Below, in pieces: positions 1 to 10,550 of a DNA stretch of 64,000 nucleotides. The position numbers were made by a program, and so were the translations under genes. The notes under the pieces were generated by a model that was not told where the DNA came from, did no database searches, and saw only the letters and a program-made list of their open reading frames with translations. Location: positions 160,001 to 224,000 of the forward strand of contig JBALDB010000028.1 in assembly GCA_036918135.1 (NCBI GenBank). Direction: 5' to 3'. This DNA is from Nostoc sp. (GTDB lineage: Bacteria > Cyanobacteriota > Cyanobacteriia > Cyanobacteriales > Nostocaceae). The stretch's first letter is position 1; each line of letters starts with the position of its first letter.

Positions 1-52
1 AATAGTTCCTTTGAATGTATTACGAGCGCTAATTTCCATATTCTGGTACTCC

Positions 53-1078
53 TTATTGGTTGAACGTTTGATTGGTATTTGGTCTTGTACAAAAAGGTCG
101 GCGAAGCAACTTTTTACTGATGTCAGTTCCGTTTAACTCAAATACTATAAAGTGCAATACTTGCTCTAGGAAACGCCGTTTATCAAAAATACCTTGAATC
201 AACACCTCTAGCTCAGTTGCACCCTTGGCAGGAAAATCTTCACCATCAATCGTCCGCCACGGTAAAAACTCTTGCAAGTCGGAGGTTAATGTACCTACTC
301 GTGCCTGATTTTGGCAAGTAATAACTAATAATGTATTGTAGTAAAACAGCTTTGGTATCTGTTGAAAGTAAGCTTGGATTCGCTCTTTGCCTGCTTTGAA
401 TGTGGCTTGTTCGTAACTTGGATCGATTAAGACAATAACTGCCAAGGGTAAACCATTGACAAAAACAACCACATCAGGACAATGAGCATGGCTCCCCTCA
501 ACTACAGTCAATGGATGAATAACTAGCCAATCATTGTTTAGTAGGTTAGATGTATCGATGAGCCGTACTTTGTCACAAACTATTTCTTTGTTGAAGAGGT
601 ACTCAACTTCAACACCATCGCTTAGAAATTTGTGAAAGCGGTAGTTGTTTTCCAGCAAGTCAGAACTCTGTGTAGAAGTGACTTGAGAGATAGCTTTGGC
701 GATTGCTTCAGGCGGTTTTGTGGGATTAATTTTTTGTAAAGCGCTATCAAGGCGATCGTGCAAAATCACCTCTTTATAGCTGCTGCGCCCGATCCGATAC
801 TTACCCAAAGCAATGTCCGGCTCTAATAAAACTGTGTAGCCAAGAACCTCGAACCAGGTAAGTAAAGATGGTGCAATGACAACTCTTAAAGACGCTTCTC
901 TACTAGAGGCTGACGCTCGTTCGTGTACCGCTTCGCTAATGCCAACGCCTAACTTGTTTAAGAGTAGGGGTACGCCCGTCGCAGGCATCACAGATTTTGT
1001 CAAATCAAAACGGCGGCGAAGTTTTCTTCTAACACGACTCGCCTTCACAATTATTTGCCTTAACTGTACTGGATTCAT
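53..1078 (-). CDS. Type I restriction HsdR N-terminal (HSDR_N) domain only; likely inactive/truncated
   Basis: NNDWLVIHPLTV, PDVVVFVNGLPL, IPKLFYYN and FLPWRTIDG segments are typical of the HsdR N-terminus. No helicase domain follows. True start uncertain. Confidence 0.7.
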   Translation of the reverse strand: MNPVQLRQIIVKASRVRRKLRRRFDLTKSVMPATGVPLLLNKLGVGISEAVHERASASSREASLRVVIAPSLLTWFEVLGYTVLLEPDIALGKYRIGRSSYKEVILHDRLDSALQKINPTKPPEAIAKAISQVTSTQSSDLLENNYRFHKFLSDGVEVEYLFNKEIVCDKVRLIDTSNLLNNDWLVIHPLTVVEGSHAHCPDVVVFVNGLPLAVIVLIDPSYEQATFKAGKERIQAYFQQIPKLFYYNTLLVITCQNQARVGTLTSDLQEFLPWRTIDGEDFPAKGATELEVLIQGIFDKRRFLEQVLHFIVFELNGTDISKKLLRRPFCTRPNTNQTFNQ

Positions 1079-1251
1079 CAGAATGAAAGACTTAATTTTG
1101 AGTCAATGCAGAAGCTTGCGCCTAACTTACTGGCATTGGTTGGTATATTCACAAGAGAGTATACGGCTTGATACTAATTATCAAAGCTAAAATTGTTCTA
1201 GAGGATTGTATCTACTGCTACATATTACCAATATTTTTGGTAAAAATATTT

Positions 1252-1494
1252 TTATTTCTGACTAATTGAGGACTCAGTGAAGGGAGTGTTAATTCTAAGC
1301 TTTGGGTGTTTACTGAGCAGTAAAACTATTGCAATCAGTAGTTTGATGAGTAAAGGTGCAAAAATTAGACTTAAACCCAAGAAAAATAAAATAATCAATA
1401 TGCTTATTAGCCGATCTATCCGATCGAGAATATTCGCGTTGATGCGAAAAAAAACTAAAGCGATTGCCAAAGCAATTAATGACAATACAAACAT
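1252..1494 (-). CDS. Small hypothetical membrane protein
   Basis: 80-aa ORF with 2-3 hydrophobic segments, downstream of nifN-like on the same strand. Confidence 0.5.
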   Translation of the reverse strand: MFVLSLIALAIALVFFRINANILDRIDRLISILIILFFLGLSLIFAPLLIKLLIAIVLLLSKHPKLRINTPFTESSISQK

Positions 1495-1605
1495 AACAGC
1501 TATTATTTGTAATTACTGGTGGCTGAGCTTGGTCGTAGAGACAGCAAGTGTCTTTCAAGGCACTATTACTGAAAACTGGGATGAATACTCACAAGTTAGC
1601 TCTAT

Positions 1606-2916
1606 TTAATGCTTAACTATTGCCTCCTGTTCTAAAAACAAGTTGCCAATCTCAAACAAAACCTGCATTGTACCTCGGTAGCCAACTTTGGTAGATTGAT
1701 TGCAATCTAAACGGTCAAAAATGGGAATTCCCTGACGGTAGAGAGGAATTTTTAAGCGTTGGGCGATCGCAACTGCGTGAGAATTGCCAATCAGCAAATC
1801 AGAACCAACTGCCAGTTGCTCAAAGTCTTCTAAATCACCAATGGTAACACTAGGAATCGGCAGTTTTTCTAGAACAGGAGAGCGGGTTGTCGTGACTGCG
1901 GCATGAATCTGAACTCCTAGTGATTGCAGAAAATAAACTGTTGACCATAGTAAATCTGGTTCCAGCGCTAAAGCAACTCGCTTGCAACCAAAGTAAAAGT
2001 GATTCTCTAACATCACATGTTGCAACTGACGCCGCTGATAGCGGTATTTCTCCGGTACGCTAACACCACTGATATCTGCCAACGCTTGCAGAAATTTATC
2101 TACTGCTGTTAGTCCCGTTAATTCGCCAAACACCTCGTAAGGTATATTAAATCTCTTTTCTAAAATTTGCGCCCCAGCCCGCATACTTTCACCTAACGCC
2201 AAAGTAAACGCAGAACTATCGATTGAACGCAACTGTGACAAAGTAGTGCCATTGGCTGCGATGACACCAGAGGAATCTTGTATCTGACTATCTAGAACAC
2301 CGGAAAGGTCAGGGATAACAATCGGTATCAGTCCAAACGAAGTGACAATCTCTTTAATTTCCTGTATATCTCCGGGAGTAAAAGCAGAACTCGCCAAAAT
2401 TGTGATTTGTGTGGGACAAGCCTTTTGCTTTGAGGATTCTTGAGGAATTTCCTTAACTATACTTTCGACTGCGGCAGCAAAACCATCCTGTAATGTACCT
2501 TTAAAATCTGGTGTAGAGACAAGAGCAATAGGTAGATAATCCAGTTCTGGGTGACGGTGGCGAATCTGTTTGATAAAACGTTCCATGTCATCGCCTCTGG
2601 TTTCCACAAGTCCACTGGTACAAAGACCGATAATTTCCGGTTTCGATTTCTGTACCAAAGTCAGAATTGCTTGTTCAACTCTCTCCTCACCACCCAAAAT
2701 CGTTGCAACTTCCGTCATTGCTGTAGTCGAAAGCGGAATCGTCTGATGAAAATGCTGTACTAATACCCTTTTAGCCAAAGCTGTACAACCTTGAGAACCG
2801 TGTAATAAAGGCATCATTCCCTTCAAGCCCAAAAAGGCTAAAGTTGCACCCACAGCTTGGCTTTGTTTGAGAGGGTTAACTGCAACTGATGTACTTGTAA
2901 CGCTAACAATCGCCAT
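1606..2916 (-). CDS. nifN: NifN-like nitrogenase cofactor scaffold beta subunit (paralogue)
   Basis: VNPLKQSQAVGA, HGSQGCTA, STPDFKGTLQDG, GIPIFDRL motifs. ATG at 2916 overlaps the nifE TAA (TAATG). Confidence 0.9.
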   Translation of the reverse strand: MAIVSVTSTSVAVNPLKQSQAVGATLAFLGLKGMMPLLHGSQGCTALAKRVLVQHFHQTIPLSTTAMTEVATILGGEERVEQAILTLVQKSKPEIIGLCTSGLVETRGDDMERFIKQIRHRHPELDYLPIALVSTPDFKGTLQDGFAAAVESIVKEIPQESSKQKACPTQITILASSAFTPGDIQEIKEIVTSFGLIPIVIPDLSGVLDSQIQDSSGVIAANGTTLSQLRSIDSSAFTLALGESMRAGAQILEKRFNIPYEVFGELTGLTAVDKFLQALADISGVSVPEKYRYQRRQLQHVMLENHFYFGCKRVALALEPDLLWSTVYFLQSLGVQIHAAVTTTRSPVLEKLPIPSVTIGDLEDFEQLAVGSDLLIGNSHAVAIAQRLKIPLYRQGIPIFDRLDCNQSTKVGYRGTMQVLFEIGNLFLEQEAIVKH

Positions 2917-4334
2917 TAGATTTCCTCCAATGAAGTAGGGGATGCTCCCGTAATTTCTTGGGCTGTTTTTCCTACATCCCACGGAACTGGTCGGCATACT
3001 TGTTCCCACACAGGACTGTAAAAAGTGGCATACAATTCTCGTGCCATTTCTAATATTCCTCTATAGCCTGCATAGGCATGATTGCGTTCGACATTGATGT
3101 CTAAGAAAGGAATTCTGGCTATTAGGGCAGTATCTAAATAACGAGCATCACTAATTAAAATATTAGCTTTATTATTATTAATTAGTTGTAATATAGCTTC
3201 AGGGCTTTCTGATTCTAAAATTATACCATCTTGACCCAACAAATTTTTGATTCTAACTAATTCATCTTCAGTATTATTCTGGGTGCAGATAGCAATAATT
3301 TCCATACCTAATTTTTGAGCAGCAAAGATAATCAACCAACTCTTGAAATTTTTAATCGAAAGGATTAGACGTTTACCTTGCAATCGAATGCGATAAGGGG
3401 TGAGTTTTGCTTCTAAATCACTAGTTTCTTCTGTAATCAGGTTTTCAGTACGTTCTATTAAATCAGGATGACCTAATTTCGCTGCAATATTTTTTAAACA
3501 CTGATTAATTTGTTCTACCCCGTAAATAGATTCTTCAATATAAGCGATACCATAGAGTTTCTCCATCTTTTTTGCTATGTTGATCAAAGCTTTTGAGGAG
3601 AGTATGACGTTTAGTTTGGCACGATGAGCAGAGCAAACTTCTTGATACAAAGCATCGCCTGTAATTTTTGCTAAAACTCGGATACCTAATTTCTCCAATA
3701 ACGGTAGAACATTCCAGATTGCACCTGCAATATTATATTCACCAATCAAGTTAATATCTAATGGTGTAGTAATATCTGGCTCGGCAGTTCCAATAACGTG
3801 TTCTAGCAACGCTTCACCAGCAACGCGGTTACCGAGATTTTGGCTACCAATAAACCCAGGACAATGTACGGGAATAGTGGGTATTCCTGTTTTTTCAGTA
3901 GCATCTTTACATATTCCTTCGATGTCATCACCAATTAAAGCAGTGATACAGGTAGAGTAGACAAATATCGCAGCCGGTTTGTAGCGTCTTTGTAATTCTA
4001 AAATACCTTTGTATAGCTTTTTCGCTCCACCAAAGATAATATCACTCTCATCTGTGTCAGTGGTAAAGCGTGTTTTATACAGCATTGAACCAGAAGAGAG
4101 ACTAGTGTAGTTTCCCCAAATACTAGCAGCACAACCACTCGGCCCGTGGACTATATGAGCAGCATCAGTGATTGGTACTAAAGTAATCATTGCACTATCA
4201 AAAGCGCAACTTCCTTGAGCAGTTCCTGGCTGGGGTAATTGTGTAGAAGGCTTTTTTTTCTTCTGCTTTTGCTGCTGGTTTTCGTCGTTTGATTCACTGA
4301 ATGAATCATTGATTTTTCTAGGTTGAGGATTCAT
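2916..4334 (-). CDS. nifE: NifE-like scaffold alpha subunit (divergent paralogue)
   Basis: QPGTAQGSCAFD, PITDAAHIVHGP, VYSTCITALIGDD, NLIGEYNIAG, AYAGYRG motifs. Confidence 0.9.
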   Translation of the reverse strand: MNPQPRKINDSFSESNDENQQQKQKKKKPSTQLPQPGTAQGSCAFDSAMITLVPITDAAHIVHGPSGCAASIWGNYTSLSSGSMLYKTRFTTDTDESDIIFGGAKKLYKGILELQRRYKPAAIFVYSTCITALIGDDIEGICKDATEKTGIPTIPVHCPGFIGSQNLGNRVAGEALLEHVIGTAEPDITTPLDINLIGEYNIAGAIWNVLPLLEKLGIRVLAKITGDALYQEVCSAHRAKLNVILSSKALINIAKKMEKLYGIAYIEESIYGVEQINQCLKNIAAKLGHPDLIERTENLITEETSDLEAKLTPYRIRLQGKRLILSIKNFKSWLIIFAAQKLGMEIIAICTQNNTEDELVRIKNLLGQDGIILESESPEAILQLINNNKANILISDARYLDTALIARIPFLDINVERNHAYAGYRGILEMARELYATFYSPVWEQVCRPVPWDVGKTAQEITGASPTSLEEI

Positions 4335-4665
4335 TTTTTTAGTGAAAAGAGATAGAAGTTATGAAGTGGTAGCGGAATTTACAAAATTGAGAAATAATTT
4401 TAGTTGCTTGGCGGTCTGCTTCTAGCATGGAATAAAAGGGAATGAGAAAGAGAATTCCTCATTCCCTAATGACCAACCAATTGATACAAGGAGTAAACAA
4501 AAACCACAAGAGCGGTTTTATTGCGTAGATATTAACAGATTAATTGCTCTAAGGAGAACTTGAAAAATTCACAAGTCACAATTAAGATTGATTAATCTGT
4601 TATTTGCACAGAGAATTTATATTGATTTATCTATAGAACCTCCATATCGTTTTAATGGTGAGAGA

Positions 4666-4686
4666 AAGTGGGGTAATTCCCCACTT
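4666..4686 (-). terminator. Stem-loop downstream of nifH (attenuator or mRNA-stabilising hairpin)
   Basis: AAGTGGGG-TAATT-CCCCACTT perfect 8-bp stem about 60 nt after the nifH stop. Confidence 0.5.
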
Positions 4687-4748
4687 AATTTCTTCCGTTC
4701 CTTAGTGAGTTCTGCTATTTGTTAAGCGAGAACGAAAGTCTTATATTT

Positions 4749-5849
<1,101 letters not shown>

Positions 5850-5995
5850 TCATTTAGTATTGAATACATATGATTAGCGATCGCATTTCTGATTGTCATT
5901 TGTCTTGATTAATCACAAAACTGGATCGAATGTACGGTTTGAGGTGATGCGTCACCGTACCTTGTTACTCCGAAGAGATTTTAATCACAAATGAT

Positions 5996-6091
5996 TAGAG
6001 AACTCTAAGAAATAAATTATTCCCTTTGAAGTTGATGACTGATGACTGTTGACTGTGAATAGTGGGATATTTTTTATTTAGAAGTCCCTTA
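5996..6091. mobile_element. MITE-like dispersed repeat (family also at ~7619, ~10433, ~14760, ~26274)
   Basis: Ends resemble AAGGGACT..AAATAAAAAATATCCCA / GATAATTTATT..GAGTTC; internal GATGACT heptamers. Confidence 0.65.
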
Positions 6092-6238
6092 ACCGGACAT
6101 GATATCAGATAATTTCTGGGGAAATAGAGGCAATTTCCTATTCAAAATCTAAAATTGTACAAGAGCGATCGCAACAGGAATTGAAATTTACGCAGAGTTT
6201 TCCTGAAACCACACAACCAACCATAATTGCAATCTACT

Positions 6239-7372
6239 CTAGACGGTCGCTACAATTTCGCCAATTTTGCTAATATCGTAGCCGCCGAGAATTTCAAATT
6301 GTGAGTGAACCATCCGATGTCCCAAAGTACTGAGTAACTGCTGCACTGGCGCTTCTTCCAGATATTCCTTAAGAATCACTAAGTCATATCGTGATTGATG
6401 TAAAGGGATAAATCCCAGTCCAAAGGCGGTAGCTACAGATGCGGTACTCATGCCTGCATCCGCAACTCCTAATGCTACTGCATGGGCAACATCTTGGTGA
6501 CTTTGAACAACATGGTCAAAACCTTCGACAGCATGAAACGGTATCTGTTGCTGTTCGAGTTTTTGTTCCAGAAGTAAACGAGTACCAGCACCTACTTCAC
6601 GGTTAACAATACTAACTCCCCGTTCCACTAAATCAGTAACTGTTGTGATTCCCATCGGGTTGCCAGACTTGACTAAAAGTCCCTCTTCCCAAACACCGAG
6701 GGTAATCAAAACTGCTTCCCTTCCAGCCAAAACATCTCGAACAAAAGGTGTATTATACTCACCAGTTTCAGGATCGTACAGGTGCATCCCAGCGATGTGT
6801 GCTTCACCTCGGCATAGACTGTGCAATGCAGACATGCTGTTGGCAAAGTTAAATTGAACTCGCAGTTGGGGATGCCAGCGTTCGGTGGCTCTAGCCCATA
6901 GCGAAATCACAGGCGCACAACCGGCAATCACAACAGTGTTGTGCAGTGTTTCCAGATTATCATCTAAAAGACGGACTCGAACTTTATCTGTACCTATTTG
7001 AGTTTTACCCTCTCCATCAGCAGGAATCATATCTTGGCGAAAAGCATCGTTGCCAATTAAAGGATAAGCTACCCATTGTCCTCCCAGGCGAGCCAGACTG
7101 ACTCGCGTCTGCTGAGCGGCAGGAACAGGTTTGGCAAGTACTGCTTCGATTTCAGGTAAATCTCGCTCTAACCAGAATAGATCCTCTACTTGACAGCCAA
7201 GTGCCTTTGCTAGGCGAAGTGTGATGGCCACTGAAGGAGCGTATAGTCCCGACTCTACACCACTTATAGTTTGACGGGTAACACCAGCTAGGTTTGCCAA
7301 ATCTTGTTGACTCATGCCTAAGCGGGTTCTAATTGACTTCAAGTTGTTACGGAGATCGTTATCCTGCTTCAT
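6239..7372 (-). CDS. XRE-HTH + molybdate-binding (PBP) domain transcriptional regulator, VnfR-like
   Basis: N-terminal HTH_3 (MSQQDLANLAGVTRQTISGVE); C-terminal PBP domain (SMSALHSLCRGEAHIAGMHL, NREVGAGTR, GGYD); upstream of nifH on the same strand. Confidence 0.85.
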   Translation of the reverse strand: MKQDNDLRNNLKSIRTRLGMSQQDLANLAGVTRQTISGVESGLYAPSVAITLRLAKALGCQVEDLFWLERDLPEIEAVLAKPVPAAQQTRVSLARLGGQWVAYPLIGNDAFRQDMIPADGEGKTQIGTDKVRVRLLDDNLETLHNTVVIAGCAPVISLWARATERWHPQLRVQFNFANSMSALHSLCRGEAHIAGMHLYDPETGEYNTPFVRDVLAGREAVLITLGVWEEGLLVKSGNPMGITTVTDLVERGVSIVNREVGAGTRLLLEQKLEQQQIPFHAVEGFDHVVQSHQDVAHAVALGVADAGMSTASVATAFGLGFIPLHQSRYDLVILKEYLEEAPVQQLLSTLGHRMVHSQFEILGGYDISKIGEIVATV

Positions 7373-7618
7373 TGGCTTGAGCTTCTCTGAATTTCAAAAA
7401 GCCGTAGCGGATTTAACTAAATCTGCCAAGGCGAAAGCACGGTCTTTGAGTTTATATTATTCCTCTTCGACGACATAACTGTGCTTTCGCTGTTTTGATT
7501 CCCTATATTCAAAGAATATCACACATTTTGCAAAATTTCTTGCAAGGTGCAATTTTTTTTGCTTAAGACTGTTTTCTGGCTGTTGATATATGACTCAAAA
7601 CTCCCTAACCGTCACGAG

Positions 7619-7738
7619 TAAGGGACTTTCAATAAAAAAATATCCCATCATTTTGAGGGCAGGGAGCAGGGGGCAGGGGGAGGGAAAGTTGTTTTGGAAG
7701 AGTGAAATTGAATAATTTATTTTTATGGAGTTTCCTAA
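7619..7738. mobile_element. MITE-like dispersed repeat
   Basis: TAAGGGACTTTCAATAAAAAAATATCCC ... GAATAATTTATTTTTATGGAGTTTCCTAA with internal GCAGGG repeats. Confidence 0.6.
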
Positions 7739-8198
7739 AGCAATATGCTTAAGTTTAGGAAGAATTTATCTTGTTGAGGCGGGAGGGAGAGAAAAATGCT
7801 TATCTTAACCCTACGCCAACAAAAGACTTATTTCATATTTGGAGTTCTACCAACTTTTATGGTAAAAGGTAGCACTGAATACAGTTTTAGAAATTGGTTT
7901 AGGATTTGATGCTTGATAGATGAGTTATAGGAAAGTGCTAAGTGCCCAGTGCCGAGTGCTGAGTATAAACACAGTTGCTTCATTGCCTTGAGCAGTTAAC
8001 ACTGTCCTAATCTATGTGAGCTATATATGAGCCGTAAGAAATATACGACTAAGCAATTTCACTTTTTGAGGTAAATTTTGCCTCAATAAAAATTACGGTT
8101 TTCACTTAAATAAATATGCAGATATCTATTGCACAATAGGCTATTTATCAAAACGTGCAATAAATAAGAGGCAATTTATAGTTGTTTGCGCTACAGAA

Positions 8199-8576
8199 AT
8201 GGAGAGAATAATGATTACTGAGGAAGACTTAGCCCAACAATTTGGCGTAATTATTGAACACACTCACCCACGGGTATGGGCATTGCTACGTCAGTGTTAT
8301 GTAAAGGTAATTAATCCTAAACCTTACTTAATAAGAGCAAATATCAAAACGTGTATCTGTCATACAAGATACATTGGTATTTACTGTCCTGATAGACTAA
8401 TGAATGCGGTAGTAGCAGAGAAAAACCTACTTCGAGAAGTAGCTGAATACGTGGGTCTAGTTGAGGTTGTTTGTTTGAATGCCAACAATTTGATGCGCGA
8501 TCCCCTATCAAATTTGAAAGAAACTTATCCGCGTTTGTGGTTAGATTTACTTTGGCTTGTCACTCAAGAAGAATAA
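8199..8576 (+). CDS. Hypothetical protein
   Basis: 125-aa ATG ORF with protein-like composition. Confidence 0.7.
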   Translation: MERIMITEEDLAQQFGVIIEHTHPRVWALLRQCYVKVINPKPYLIRANIKTCICHTRYIGIYCPDRLMNAVVAEKNLLREVAEYVGLVEVVCLNANNLMRDPLSNLKETYPRLWLDLLWLVTQEE

Positions 8577-8771
8577 CACTAACTATACTAATCCCCTTTG
8601 ATTTTTAAACTTATTTGCTCCCGTCAATAAGTAGGGAGTAAGGAATCAGCCTTTTTCAATTGAAGGCGGGTGAGTCACGCAATCAAATAGAAGTCCTAAT
8701 ATTAAGACCGAATTTTTTTGCACAAATATTGCAAAAAATCGCTGTTGTATTTTGCCGCAGACTAAAATCCT

Positions 8772-9146
8772 ATGAATAAATCTTGTCTACCTCCAGATGA
8801 TTTGCCTTCAGTCCAAACAATAAGAGTCAGTGAAATACTATTCAGGCAACTTGAAGAAGCAACTAAAAAAAGCTTTTTCTTGGCTTGCGACAACATGACA
8901 CGTGTTTTGTTATGTCATTGCCATTGGTATTTCCAAATAAATAGTGGCATTCTGACATTAATTATGATTTGCCATGATATGGAAAGTTATCGCAACATCA
9001 TGAAAACTGTTCCCCATTTTACTGAGAAATTAAAACAATTTACTAACAGAGCTAAAATTACTGTTAGTTCTCCAATTGACAAAGGTATACCGTGGGTATT
9101 GAGTATAGATAACATTTTACCTGAAGGAGACTTGCCTAGTATCTGA
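8772..9146 (+). CDS. Hypothetical protein
   Basis: 124-aa ATG ORF with protein-like composition. Confidence 0.7.
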   Translation: MNKSCLPPDDLPSVQTIRVSEILFRQLEEATKKSFFLACDNMTRVLLCHCHWYFQINSGILTLIMICHDMESYRNIMKTVPHFTEKLKQFTNRAKITVSSPIDKGIPWVLSIDNILPEGDLPSI

Positions 9147-9285
9147 TAGATTAACCTTTTGGCGATCGCCCATAACTTAGCAATGTGGTTTTTACACCCA
9201 ATTTGTCTCTAAAGGTATCCAAAAACGTCCAAAATTGACCTTCAAACTAGAACATTTGTCCTCTATTTTTGAGGTATGAGAAAGC

Positions 9286-9324
9286 AAAAAACTCTTGAAA
9301 TCCAAAGATTTCAAGAGTTTTTTT
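9286..9324 (-). terminator. Rho-independent (bidirectional-looking) terminator after tRNA-Phe
   Basis: AAAAAACTCTTGAAATC-CAAA-GATTTCAAGAGTTTTTT inverted repeat. Confidence 0.8.
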
Positions 9325-9327
9325 AAA

Positions 9328-9400
<73 letters not shown>

Positions 9401-9474
9401 GGAGGCTTTTTGAGCCACGATTACTTAAGATAGCAAAGGTAAAAGGATTTTGCAAGAGTTTACACAAAAATTAT

Positions 9475-10344
9475 TTATGCAACTTTCAAGCTTAACTTTA
9501 ACCAGATGAAAACAGCTAGAAAGAGTAGAAACTGGACAAGCACAATACTCGGCCCAGAAGCAAGGTTGAAAAGACCTGACACAATGATGCCAATAATGCT
9601 GCTAATGGAACCGACTATTACTGAAATAATTAGAAAGCGGCTAAAGTGGTGACTCATTAGTTTGGCGGTGGAGGCGGGAATAACTAAAAAAGCATTTACC
9701 AGCAAAACCCCAACGGCTTTAATTGCTACAGCAACGGCGAGTGAAAGCAAAACTACAAAACAGTAGCGGTACAATTGCACGGGAATACCTTGAACCTGCG
9801 CTACATCTGGGTTAAGTGTCAATAAAATTTGCTGTTGCAGAGTTGATAGCAAAAATATGCAGCCTGCCAAAAGTACCAGTAGTGTCAAAATCAAATCTGT
9901 GGCATCAATAGCTAGAATATCGCCGAATAACACTGCCATCAAGTTGCCACGATATCCTTTAATTAGGCTAGTGAGAATCACCCCGATCGCTAATGCCCCA
10001 GATAGTACTATGCTAAGTACGCTATCGCTAGCTAAGTCGGTTTTGTCGATGAAGTAAAGGACTATAACACCAAAAACTAAGGTAAAAGGTAGCAGCATCC
10101 AAGTAGGATTTATCTGTAACAGCACACCCAACGCCACACCTACCAATGCTGCATGACCAACTGCGTGGCTGAAAAAAGACAACTGGCGCAAAGTCACGAA
10201 ACTACCCAGCATCCCACCAAGTATTCCCATCAACAAAGCACCTGCGATCGCCCGTTGCATAAACGGGTATTGTAATAAGCTTACTAAGTTATTACTATTG
10301 GCGATCGCTAGCCAATCTATGTGGCAATCATTGAACAAATCCAT
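9475..10344 (-). CDS. znuB: Zn/Mn ABC transporter permease (ZnuB-like)
   Basis: FMQRA, SHAVGHAALVG, LFGDILA, VGVLLVNAFLVIPA (ABC-3 family). Confidence 0.85.
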   Translation of the reverse strand: MDLFNDCHIDWLAIANSNNLVSLLQYPFMQRAIAGALLMGILGGMLGSFVTLRQLSFFSHAVGHAALVGVALGVLLQINPTWMLLPFTLVFGVIVLYFIDKTDLASDSVLSIVLSGALAIGVILTSLIKGYRGNLMAVLFGDILAIDATDLILTLLVLLAGCIFLLSTLQQQILLTLNPDVAQVQGIPVQLYRYCFVVLLSLAVAVAIKAVGVLLVNAFLVIPASTAKLMSHHFSRFLIISVIVGSISSIIGIIVSGLFNLASGPSIVLVQFLLFLAVFIWLKLSLKVA

Positions 10345-10432
10345 ACTTATGAGAAATGCTTTTGATAAGTTCTTACAAGCAAGGTCGTAATGTATTTTAT
10401 ACTATGTTTTAAATTTAAAACTCCTAACTTTT

Positions 10433-10534
10433 GGGATTGATAAATAAAAAATATTCCACTGTTCAAAGTCAACAGTCATTAGTCATCAGTTAGCAACTTC
10501 AAACTGAATAATTTATTTTTTCAACTTCCCTTTA
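10433..10534. mobile_element. MITE-like dispersed repeat
   Basis: Same ends and AGTCATC core as the copies at ~6000 and ~26274. Confidence 0.6.
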
Positions 10535-10550
10535 ACTTGTAACTCCCAAG

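Noticed and set aside
2917..3009. N-terminal extension of NifN given in the ORF track
   Set aside because: It overlaps nifE; NifN similarity begins at the ATG at 2916, which is coupled to the nifE stop
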